From assembly GCA_034780895.1 (NCBI GenBank), contig JAUZTB010000062.1, forward strand, positions 20,977,074 to 21,041,073: 64,000 nucleotides of DNA. The letters run 5' to 3'. The notes beneath the pieces are model-generated. The model had not been told where the DNA came from. It made no database searches and was given only the letters and a program-made list of their open reading frames with translations. The stretch's first letter is position 1; the number at the start of each line of letters is the position of its first letter. Origin of the DNA: Rhynchobatus australiae. Taxonomy: Eukaryota. Positions 1 to 11,369 of the stretch are shown here, in pieces. The position numbers and the translations under genes are program-made.

Positions 1-1024
1 CTAAAGCTGTGGGTTTTAGTAGCTTGTATTTCTGGTTGTAGTAGAGTGACTACTCTCCCATGGTTCAGTGTGTCCCAGAAGCAGAATCAAATTTAACAAA
101 TTTTGTTCATTGTGCATCAGTGGTTAGAATTATTGATCATCGGCCTACCAGGAGATTTTAAGGTTTTTTTTCACAATTATAAATACTTGGTGTTTGTGAC
201 AGTATAAGTAGAGGAAAAGGAAATTAACTAAATCATTCTTTCATTCAAAGTAGTTGATAACTTTTTTCCAACTTCAGTCATTATTCTGCTATTTTAATTA
301 TTTGCTTTGATTTGTAGAAATATACCTGCTGTTTTTTTTATGTCAATGTGCCTTCCCTTTTGTATTCTGTATCTTTACACATGCTCCATAGCATTGCCAC
401 ATAAGTAGTATTCCAGTGGTCAACTCTGGCAGAGAGGTACAACACATAAATAACGCAATGTTTGTGCATGTGAATAGGAAGTATTAACTTTTTTTTTAGG
501 AATAATACATAATGTATGAAATATATCTGTATCATTCATTTGTACTTCCAACATAAGGAAAAAATTAAGCTGTTTTAAAAAATATTGGTGTGGTGACATT
601 GCAATTCAACACACAACGTTGCTAAGTGGTAGGACATAGATAACTTTGTGCCCATACATATTGAGGTTATGCTGTTAATTATGCAGTTGGGAAGGTGTTC
701 TGAAGGGAGCAAATAAGCTGGAAAGGAGAGTGGCTCATCTTGCAGTGAATCATTCTCTAGCTGCCAGTTTCAGCAAAGTGATGTTTTTCAATGTTGATAG
801 CAATGTGTTCATGCAAGTAGTTGCTCTTGTTGCCAAATGTCTGTTCAAACTGTCATGCATGGATGCAATTATGACTAAAAAAAATGGAATATATTTTTAC
901 AACCATCTTCCCAAATTAATCTTCTTCATTCAGTCCACTAATTTAGGTCTCTTAATTATGTGAAAACAATGAAATAATGGGTAACTATATTTTCCAAACT
1001 CTGCCTAACATAACTCCATAAGCA

Positions 1025-1565
1025 GCCCATGCTGCACAGACAGATAAGTGGCAAGTAGCATTCACACCACAAAAGTGTTAGTCAATGTCTGTGTCCAGCA
1101 GAAGAGAATTTAACCAGCTACTCTTGGGATTCAATGGCAATATAGTCCCCCTCTATCAAAATCCAGCGGATGACTATTAACTGGAAACTCATTTGGACCC
1201 GCCACATAAATACCATGCTTATAAAGAGCTGGTCAGAGTCTGGGTATTTTGTGGCGAGTTGCTCGTCTTCTGACATCTCAAGGTCTTTTTGCCATGTTCA
1301 AGGTTCAGGACCGTGATGCAATACTCTCCCCTTGCCTGAATGTTGTCCAATTGGAAATCATCCTGACATCATCAGTATCTCTGGTCCTGCATTGTCACAG
1401 CGTCTAAATCCTGGAGGCCCCCTGCCCAAGGGCACTGTGGAAGAACCTTCACCAAAAGGGCTGGAATGGTTCAAAAAGACTGCTCACCATCACCTTCTCA
1501 AGGGCAATTAAGCATAGACAATGAATATTGACCTGGCTGGTGAAGCGTGGGTGCCAAAAATGATA
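1025..1565 (+). mobile_element. Decayed 3' portion of a CR1/L2-group LINE
   Basis: Post-RT coding remnants (gataagtggcaagtagcattc, DKWQVAF; ctcatttggacccgccacataaat, LIWTRHIN) are followed by the tail ttcaaaaagactgctcaccatcaccttctcaagggcaatta. Related reverse copies lie near 5340 and 62740. Confidence 0.65.
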
Positions 1566-2782
1566 TTTTAAAAAGCTTATTGATCACTCAATGGGTTGTT
1601 TTCTATACAGGGCATGATCCTTCTCTCTGTCTCTTTTTCTCAGTATAAATAGATAATCAAGTAATTTATTGAACATTATGCAATTTCCTTATTGCAACTC
1701 AATGGCTCATAATGAAAATCTCTGATAGTTTGATATTTAGAGCAACTTTAAAAGTGACTTCAGTCTTTGAGTCATCTTCAAAGTTTCATGTTGCAACACT
1801 GCATGTCATGTGTTTTAAATTAATAGAGCACAATAAAAATTATGGCTTCACTAGAAACATCCATTATTACTGTAATTTGTTGCAGGTTTAGTGTGTGTGC
1901 ATTTGTTTGCATTTATATGTTTGTTGTGCACAATTTATTTTTCTCACAGACCATTAACACATTACCGAAGTATGTCAGGGTCTTCCAAACACTTACTTTC
2001 AGAAGTTCCTTCATTCTTTGCAATGCAGAATAGACTTAACAGTTTGAAGTAAATGCTATATTAATGATTTTATCTCTGTCCCTGCATTGTTTCATGGAAC
2101 TGGCTGCTTTATATCACGTGGGAGCATTTTTCATAGAATACTCAACTCACTATTGAGATTTATAAACTTTTAAGAAATTGCATTATGATATTATGCAATG
2201 TTGGAATATAAAGTCAAAATACTAACAGAAAAGTGAATTTAATGGAAGATGCAGGGCAATGCATCTTCCTCTGACATTTTGAAACCTGTATATTTATTTT
2301 GCATGTGTTTTCTTTTTCTACCTTTTCTGATCTCACTGGACCAGATAGTCTTCTTCTGCAGGGGTTTGCAGGAGATTTGTTTTCTGGTTGTACTGCCATT
2401 AATCTTGAGCTGAGAGGCATTCAGAAGCAGTCTGGTGAGAAGTGTTCTCAATTGTTTGAAACTGTGATGGGTTGAATTGTACCTGCGTCACTACCCTCTG
2501 ATTTGTATTCCTTTGAAACTTGGAAATGTAATTCTTTTCAATAGTTAATAAAATCCTTAAATAGTAAATTGGAAGTTATGAAGATCCAAATGGAATTTTT
2601 GAAGTTCTGTGGCATGAATCAAACTTATATATATATTCAAAGCAAATCTTTAACAACTAGTAAATACACTGCATCTGATACTGTAAATATAAATTCAATT
2701 GTTGGTAGTCTTCTTATTGTGCATTTGTTAATTTTATTGCAATGGCAGTTATGTGATCCTCTAAGCATTGGGGTGAATATTC

Positions 2783-2869
2783 CATAGAACAGTACAGCAC
2801 AATACAGGCCCTTTGGCCCACCATGTTGTGCCGCCCATCAAACCACACCTCACACTATCTAACCCTTTC
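2783..2869 (-). mobile_element. CR1-LINE/HE1-SINE type 3' tail running into a gap
   Basis: The reverse strand reads ...tgggccaaagggcctgtattgtgctgtactgttctatg, a typical elasmobranch CR1-type 3' end. Confidence 0.7.
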
Positions 2870-3984
2870 NNNNNNNNNNNNNNNNNNNNNNNNNNNNNNN
2901 NNNNNNNNNNNNNNNNNNNNNNNNNNNNNNNNNNNNNNNNNNNNNNNNNNNNNNNNNNNNNNNNNNNNNNNNNNNNNNNNNNNNNNNNNNNNNNNNNNNN
3001 NNNNNNNNNNNNNNNNNNNNNNNNNNNNNNNNNNNNNNNNNNNNNNNNNNNNNNNNNNNNNNNNNNNNNNNNNNNNNNNNNNNNNNNNNNNNNNNNNNNN
3101 NNNNNNNNNNNNNNNNNNNNNNNNNNNNNNNNNNNNNNNNNNNNNNNNNNNNNNNNNNNNNNNNNNNNNNNNNNNNNNNNNNNNNNNNNNNNNNNNNNNN
3201 NNNNNNNNNNNNNNCACACACATAGACGCTGGAGTGTTGCTTGTTTTGGTTTGCCATCTGACTCTATTTGTCCTCATAGTGACTTTATTAAATAATTGCT
3301 GGATCCAGCCATTTATCAGTTGACACTAAAAGGTATGTGTTCTATTTTGCTTGTACTGTACTTGATATCTTTGTTTCATTTAAGGATAGGAGTTGCACCC
3401 ATCCTTGTTCAGCAGCCTTTCTGGCACCCTTTCAGACCTCACATTCTGCACTTCTTTCTTCATCTTCAAACAGTATTAATGTCAAATGGCAAAAACAAAA
3501 GCAAAAATGAGTGAAGTGACAAACTTGTTTATGCATTGCTTTCAATGAATTGTATTCAATCTCCATTTCCATTTTGAACTTGACTTTCTTCCGTGTTGCA
3601 AACTATAGAAAATACCTTTGTAATATAATCCTGATTTTGTTTTTTTTCTGGGAGTGAAGTGAGCATCTATTTTTAGATCGCTTGACTATCATCTGTTATC
3701 TCTTTTTTAGACACTGATTTGTTCTTAATGTTGTGTCTTAGTGGCTATAGTAACTGGTTATAGAAAATGACAAGATTGGAAGGATGTCAGCAGTAACATG
3801 CCAAAATAAATATTTGATAAGTGAAAGTATGAAGTGACCAAAATGACTCTTTTGCATGGGGTAATTCGAAGATTGCTAAGAAAAATACACTTGCTTGGAC
3901 AAGGTCTTATAATATTATTGCACAACTTGCACTGAAATTGGCTAGCCTAAAAATAGTCAATTAGTGAGCATGGTGGCTGAACAT

Positions 3985-4295
3985 CAGGAGGGTGAGCAAA
4001 TAGTTAGATTTTGAATGAGAGGAGAGGTAGCGAGGTGAAAAGATTTGAGAATGAGCCAAAGCAAACATTGGAGTGTAGGCAAAAAACTGAAGCTGGAGAA
4101 GAGCAGAGGGATTGTCCCGGAATGTAAGGCTGAATGAAGGGATGAGGCCTTGGAGGAGATGAGGGTGATGTCAAAGGTATTGATGTTGGAGAATAGATGG
4201 CCAATAAAGAATTGCAAAGGTGGCAGGGAATGGGATTTAATGAGAGAGTTTGGAGTTGTGATTTATGAAGAGCAGAATGTGAGCATTAGCAAGGA
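3985..4295 (-). mobile_element. Highly decayed L2-like LINE fragment
   Basis: A purine-rich block whose reverse strand is C/T-rich, resembling the L2 ORF2 region. No intact motif is present. Confidence 0.35.
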
Positions 4296-4317
4296 GAATA
4301 TTACAAAGAAGGAAGAA

Positions 4318-4550
4318 AGATTTCCATTTATATAGCACTATTAATATCTATTTCTGTACATGTCAATGTGGTTTACAACCCATGAAGTACTTTTTCAGTT
4401 GTAATTCCTGTGGTAATAGAAGTAAAGTGGCAGGTAATTAATACAAGGTAAGCTTCCATAAGCAGGGATGTAGCATGGGATGCAGGTTGACTGATAACTC
4501 TCCTGCTCGATTTTTTTTTAAATAGTGGAATAGATCTTATTTGTCTGGGA
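4318..4550 (-). mobile_element. Deu-domain SINE (SacSINE1/AmnSINE-like) relic
   Basis: catttatatagcac...tttacaacccatgaagtactttt...ctctcctgctc...aatagtgg matches the recalled reverse DeuSINE consensus. It is homologous to the 15502-15676 copy. Confidence 0.6.
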
Positions 4551-5334
4551 ACTCAGCTGATAGCAGATAAATCTTAAAGTTTCAACTCATAGAATATCAA
4601 CTTTACAAGTTTGGTGTAAAATGAGCATTTATTCCACTTCTTAATATTATGTCTGTCACTACAACATGCCAGAATTAAGTTATAGCATGGAAGTTAACCA
4701 AAGAGGCTACATGTTAGAGTCAAACAGGTTGTGACTTTAGTTCAGAAGCAGTTCAGCTATAAAAGCATTCTGATATTGAGGATACTTGTTTGTAAAAGAA
4801 ACTTCAAGATCCTGCCTGGATGATTTCACTTTTTTTCGTTTGAACATATGTTCTGATATAAATGTGTTTTCTTACAAATTGCATGTGACAGGGTGTTCCA
4901 GCGAAGCTTTTCTGTAATAATGCAGAGACCCAACAACCCATTGTTCTGTGTATGTTGTTGTCAAGGTAGCTCATGGAGGAAGTGCTTTGTGCAAGCACAA
5001 TGAGCAGGAGTGATTCAAGGGAACATTTAGTGGAACTGTCAGGGTATTGAGAGCCTTAGTGTGTGTGACTGCCCAAAATTGTGTCCAGTAATTTGAACCA
5101 ATATATTCAAAAGAAACCATGCACAATTTCTCCATGTTGTTTTTATCTTGATGTTTTTCTATGAAGCCAGGAGAAAGAATTGAAGGCAATGCCAAAAATA
5201 ATGTTTTAATTAAGCATTCTTTAAACATTAAGACAACTTAGAAGACCTTAGGGCTTACATTGCCTTAATGTTCATAAACTTGGTGTTAACCCTAGAAACC
5301 AAATGATTTCTAAACTTCCCAGCACAGTTGGCCA

Positions 5335-5770
5335 TTTTTTTTAATGTATTCATTTTATGCAATTCAGGTGTCACTGTAAGGGCCTTATTTATTGTTCATC
5401 ACCCTTAACAACTTAATTTGTGAGACCGAGGCACCTTCTGGTAAAGGCACTCCCAGTACTGTTAGATAGCAAATTTCAGCATTTAAACCCAGTGAAAATT
5501 GAAATATATAAAATGTTTCCAAGTCAGAATGTGCATTACCCACAAGCATATTATCCCCATGCATCTACTGCCATAACCTATCAGCAGAGCAGTGGTCATG
5601 TGTTTGAGAAGAGTCCCATTGACCTAGATGAGTAAATTTAGTGCATTTTGTAGATGATACACAATGTACCTACGCCAATGTTGGGGGAGCAAATATTTAG
5701 GGTGTTGAATGGAGTACCAGTGAAACAGTCTGCTTTGTCTCGCATGATATTGAGATTTTCCTAACCCTGG
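5335..5770 (-). mobile_element. Decayed CR1/L2-group LINE 3' end (same family as 1025-1565)
   Basis: Poly-T is followed by the reverse tail (tttattgttcatcaccctta..., gtaaaggcactcccagtactgttagatagc). Confidence 0.5.
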
Positions 5771-6644
5771 TTTATCAGAGGAAATTCTATTGTGCCTCAA
5801 TCATGATGCACATTACTGCTTATTATTATGGGATCAACTAGCATTCAGATGTTTGNNNNNNNNNNNNNNNNNNNNNNNNNNNNNNNNNNNNNNNNNNNNN
5901 NNNNNNNNNNNNNNNNNNNNNNNNNNNNNNNNNNNNNNNNNNNNNNNNNNNNNNNGACTGCTTATAATGGGTAATTACTAATAGTTAACCCAGGTGGTTA
6001 ACTGGCATTTTGCTATGTGTTCAAAATAGTGCAAATGAGAAAACAGGAGAAGATTCCCTGACAATAAACTCTTTTGGATGGATTCCAACCAATATAGTAG
6101 AAAGTGGAAGGAGAAAAACATGAGCTCTCACAATTGTCAGTGTTCGTCAGTCAGATATAATTCTTTGGTGGCCCCATGCCTAGTTGTACATCTCGGGAAC
6201 AATGGGAAAGGAAGTCCCCACCCTGCTATTTAAGAATACACAGTTAGGACAGCCATGACAGGCTTTGTCTCTTGAGAGAGCTGAACACCTGAGTAAGAAA
6301 ACTCATGTCAAGGCATGATATATGATGCGTATAAAAATTAAATAAAACCAATCTTTTTCCTGCTTTACAAATCAGAGCTTCCTGTTGAAAATAATCTTTA
6401 ATTGCACATGTTTAAATGTCTTGTTTTTACATTTGATTTGAGTAATAAATTTACTTTAGAATACTCAGAGAGTGTCATCATACTTATAATGTAAGCACAG
6501 TTACACACATGCGCTAAAACACACCCACATGAGTGGGTTTAAGCACAGATGGTGTTTGCCCACTGGCTCCTCCTCATTTTCCATCCTGTCCCCCTCTCCC
6601 AATGATCCAATCGCCTTCCCCCTTTGAGGCATGCAAATATGCAT

Positions 6645-7555
6645 ATTCAGAGGCCAGGCTCCAAGTCATCTTTGACTGATTCACTGAGAGGATGGGCCTT
6701 AAACTTAATGTCTGCAAAATAATGACCATCTACCAGTGTACCTGCACTGGCCAGCACCACCCTTTGACAATAAAGGTCCATGACAAAATCCAGGGAAACA
6801 CAGACCACTTTCAATATCTTGGGTGCCATCTGTCAATGAAGATGGACAATGATGAAATTCACCATGGCCTTTTGGGCATTCTCACAGTTCTTTTGGCCAC
6901 CTGAAAAAAAAGTGAAAAGAAAAATATTTGACAATGAAGTCATCAAGCCCAGTCCGAAGCTCATGGTCCACAATGCAGGAATGATCCTTGCCCTCTTGCA
7001 CTCGTCTGAGACATGGACTCTATACATCAGGCACCTTAAAGCACTGGAGAGATACTATCAACATTATAACTACAATATTGTCACAGAATAAGTGAATTAA
7101 GGTTAGTCTTTTCTGCCAGNNNNNNNNNNNNNNNNNNNNNNNNNNNNNNNNNNNNNNNNNNNNNNNNNNNNNNNNNNNNNNNNNNNNNNNNNNNNNNNNN
7201 NNNNNNNNNNNNNNNNNNNNNNNNNNNNNNNNNNNNNNNNNNNNNNNNNNNNCAGATTGTTTATATCCTTGACACCAGATTCCTAGAACAGATGTCCATC
7301 ATCCATCATAATGGGGGGGGGGGGGTGGATGGAGAAGGAGCATTCAGGGTGGTGTTGAGAACCTTGCTTACATTCTTCAAGAGCAGCCAGGAAGCCAATG
7401 CAAAGAGTGGAAGGTGAGCACCAATATCCCACCTATTAAGCACTTCTGTCTCAGCCAGAGCAGAGTCTGGCGAGTCTTACATTGGCCCCATCAGTCAGCT
7501 CAGAAATCACAAATTGGTTGTGGAGGCAAGTCCTGAGGGGCTGTGTAAGAAGAAG
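6645..7555 (+). mobile_element. RTE-clade LINE 3' fragment
   Basis: ORF remnants MGLKLNVCK..., DHFQYLGCHLS and PKLMVHNAGMILALLHSSETWTLYIRHLKALERYYQ are typical of post-RT RTE ORF2. The fragment ends in a short aagaagaag tail. Confidence 0.85.
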
Positions 7556-10500
7556 ATTGACTAGACCTCCGTTTCACCAGTGGGTACATTGTGATACCTC
7601 AAAAAAGACATTTTTGCCTCAAGTCACGCCTTTTGGAGAAATACAATTTGTTTAATCTGCATTCTGTTTCATTGAGGAAAAAGGATGATATTGGCTTAAT
7701 AGTAGAGCAGTGATTGAAAAACGACATTTGTAAAGCAGTGGTTAACTTCTGTGAATTTCTTTAAAGTATTTTAGAAGGTTTGGTTGCTGATGGCGAATGA
7801 AATAAGCTGTTTCCCAAGCATGCTTTTCATTCTTTGTCCTTGACAACGAAAAGAACCTGAATTTTGATGGGAGTATTTAGCACATTTTTTCTGATGCAAA
7901 CATGAGATGACTAGTCCTTGCACTGNNNNNNNNNNNNNNNNNNNNNNNNNNNNNNNNNNNNNNNNNNNNNNNNNNNNNNNNNNNNNNNGTCATTAAACCT
8001 CCAGTGCAGTTGAAAGCTGAGTTGATATGTAGGGAGCAGGAGAGAGTGCTACAGAATATCTTTTTTTTGTTAAGTTTTACTTTTTGAAATGGTTTCAGAT
8101 AGAAATTTGCAATAATGTATAACTATTTTGGACTGGAAATCCAAACTATTCTGGACTGGAAAATTTATAGAGTGTATCCAGTGTGTAAAAAAAGGTGATA
8201 ATTCTTTATTGTAAAATATCTGAATTTTGATCAGTGACCATACAGAAAATTGCATATGATCCAACTGTTTATCCTTGAGTAGAGGGATAAAGCATAGTTT
8301 CACATACTCATTGATTCATAAGGTTAGAAGAGTTTACTGATCCTGCACTTACCTTTTGGTTTAGTCTTGTTTTGTGCATTGTAGTCTGTCAGGTTGTTTT
8401 CTCAGTAACTGTTTTGTAAAACATTCAGGCAAGTTGCTGAAAACCTTGGTTGTTTCCCTTTAGTTAGCTGGAGCTTTTCCAAAACTGTAGAAAAATACAG
8501 GATATTATAAGAACTGAATTTATATCCGGTCAACTGAAGGCACTTTCATTAAACTCTGCATTTTTTGGTCTGTTTGGTGTATTTTTGTAACAATATGCGA
8601 AAGCTTGACATAAAAGTCAGGGTCATCTATGAGTCAATGTTTCAAGACTTTTTTTCTTGGCGGAATGCATGTTTAGACTGCCCTACATGTCTGAAACTGG
8701 TACAGAGAGGAATTTGTAGCCATCAAGATTATTATGTAGCTCAGTATCATACTTGTACAGATTTCTACACATGCCACATTTTGTATGTATTCTAATCTTA
8801 TTGTTGAGATTTGAAAAAAATATTGTGAGACTGTGTTTGAACTTGTTTACTCAAGATATAAATAAAAATGGGTGTGNNNNNNNNNNNNNNNNNNNNNNNN
8901 NNNNNNNNNNNNNNNNNNNNNNNNNNNNNNNNNNNNNNNNNNNNNNNNNNNNNNNNNNNNNNNNNNNNNNNNNNNNATAAATAAAAATGGGTGTGTTTAG
9001 AAAAATTCTAGGACATTCAATGGACATTTGAATTGCAGCTTAACACAACATTAGAATTATATTCACAATGTTGAATCCAAATTTTAGAAGGTGGCCTCCC
9101 CACGGAGATATCTCATACCAGAGCCATACCAAAGTGTTGGTTCAACTGTATTATAGGATTAATCAAGTGCATTTGTGAAACACTTTAAATCAGAACCATG
9201 TTTTGTTTGGTTCTTGATTTGTTTATACATGTGCATTGGAGATGTGGAAATAGTGATTTCTGTGAAGCGAGAATTAAAGAGATAAAGATGCATGTAAGCA
9301 GAATGTGGTTTTTAATGACTGTGATGACCAGTAGATTTTGTTTCTTACGAATAGGGATAGGGAATGGAAATAAATGGGTCATTTTTTTTCCTGGAACTCA
9401 GTAACAAATGCTTTCTGGAAAGAAAAACTGCTTTGTAAGTGGCTTGATTTTGATTTTGTATGCTAACCACCTACAATTCTACCTCCCACTGTAGTTACAG
9501 ATGACCATCAATGCTTAAAATGTGCACTTTGAAAGTGCTGACTGTCTGAGGGTTCTGCTTTTTGTCTTGGTTGTGATGTGAGTAGTACAATATTGCAAAT
9601 GCAGAGATAGCAAAAATGCTGTTTTTTTACTATAAGATCATTAGTAATACAATATCAGAAACAGTGAACTTACAATCTTTTACCTGATTCTGATCCCAGT
9701 CAGTAAAGAAATCTGTGGTTAATCATCAGGAGATTTGGATAGTAATTTAGCAGTTTCAGAATAATGTAAAACAAAAACTTTCCTAATATTCACACACATA
9801 CTGTAAGTATTTGTTGCTATTTTTGTTTGGGGTTTTGTCCTGAATTTGTTTCACTGACAGTTTCATTATTAGCTAGAATTTGAAGTCTCTGCGTATAAGT
9901 NNNNNNNNNNNNNNNNNNNNNNNNNNNNNNNNNNNNNNNNNNNNNNNNNNNNNNNNNNNNNNNNNNNNNNNNNNNNNNNNNNNNNNNNNNNNNNNNNNNN
10001 AAGTCTCTGCGTATAAGTATGTAAAAAGTTTCGACAGCAATCAATTTAAAACAAATGTCTAACCCTAGGAACTAGTCCACATTTCATTGTAAAATTTTCT
10101 TGTCAGTCTGCTCCCTGGGGCAAAAAAATCCATAAATGACTTGAAGAAATAGCTTGAATCAAACAGCTGGTTAGTCTGTAAGTTAAGCTCACTGGTTGTT
10201 TGCAGGTAGGTTTAGTTCACCAAAGAGTGATTTGTGATCAGATATTTTCATGACCTTCCTGAATCATTTAAGAGATGTTGACACCCGCTGTCTGTCTTCA
10301 AATACTTAGCAAAACAAGTATCCAAAAGACACGGATTTCAAAGTAAATAGTACGCATGAGGAATGCAGAGCAGTTTACTTCAGGTGACAATCATTGTAAA
10401 AAATTTTACTTTTGACATTTGTGCACAAATTCTTAAAATGATTTCAAATGATGAAAAGACTGGACACTTTTAAGTACAGTGCTTTTTATTCTGGATAAAT

Positions 10501-11220
10501 CCTTTTCATGCCAAACTGTAGTTTCAGTGATCATATTTAATTCACTCTAGGCAAGGATCCATTCCATATCCAAATATTACATATGCTTAGATTACGAATA
10601 ATCGGATGGGAATATGTGCACCACTGCATTTGTTTTGAATTGTTTTCTTTACCACAAATTTCAAAAGCATTCGGTTAATAATTTTGCTATTAATATTAAT
10701 TCACAGGTAAATAAAACTATTGAGAATCAGCACAACTCTTAGAGGCTCATCTCTTAAATTGCAGTTAATCCCTAGCAATTGTCATCTCTGTTTCCAGCAT
10801 GAATATAATAGAGGGAACCTCCTCCTTATAATTTTTTTTAGAAACTAATCCTTCTAGCTAGTGTCTTACTTTGGATGTAAAAGTGAGAGCTGACGATTCA
10901 GTAACAAGCATTAATAATACAGAGTAGATGAATGCTGACCGTAATGCAAACCCAGCAGCCCAGTGATCACTTCCAGAATGTATTTTGAAAGTGTAATTGG
11001 AGAAGATTATTGAAACCCCATGTTCTTCTTGGTATTCCTCCAGTAGTGTGTGGATATTTTAGTTGAGCCTTGCTTTACCATTTCACTCAAAAGCACCAAT
11101 GTGACAGTACTGCATTTTACAGTTCTTACTATAATGGTATTTCATTTTTAATCTATCTGTGATTCTGACATAATGGCAACTTGAAAACTAATATCTTTTT
11201 CTCATTTCCTTTTCATGTAG

Positions 11221-11322
11221 AAATCATTGATGACCTCACACACTTAGTGGATAAAACAGACTCCAGAATTCAGAGTGAAACAAGACGTGTCAAATTGGTT
11301 GATAAGAAGTCAACTTCTTGTG
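11221..11322 (+). CDS. STX8: Syntaxin-8, penultimate coding exon (C-terminal half of the Qc-SNARE motif)
   Basis: A pyrimidine tract and tag acceptor end at 11220, and a gtatgt donor starts at 11323. The exon is 102 bp, phase 1/1. It translates to (E)IIDDLTHLVDKTDSRIQSETRRVKLVDKKSTSC(G), matching vertebrate STX8 EIIDDLANLVENTDEKLRNETRRVNMVDRKSASCG as recalled. It is absent from the ORF track. Confidence 0.95.
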
Positions 11323-11355
11323 GTATGTTGATGTATTTAATATAGACCCCTCAAT

Positions 11356-11369
11356 CCACCAGGTGGCAT
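11356..11369 (+). promoter_or_regulatory. CTCF core motif candidate
   Basis: ccaccaggtggcat fits the consensus CCASYAGRKGGCR. Confidence 0.5.

Noticed and set aside
8858-8995. Direct repeat ataaataaaaatgggtgtg on both sides of a 100-N gap, resembling a target-site duplication
   Set aside because: The same pattern flanks other 100-N gaps (about 9883/10001, 23849/23972, 58342/58457). These are overlapping contig ends, an assembly artefact.
1-11220. Search for the preceding STX8 exon (DAGLDALSSII...)
   Set aside because: No matching sequence was recognised. The region appears intronic, with that exon upstream of the window or in a gap.
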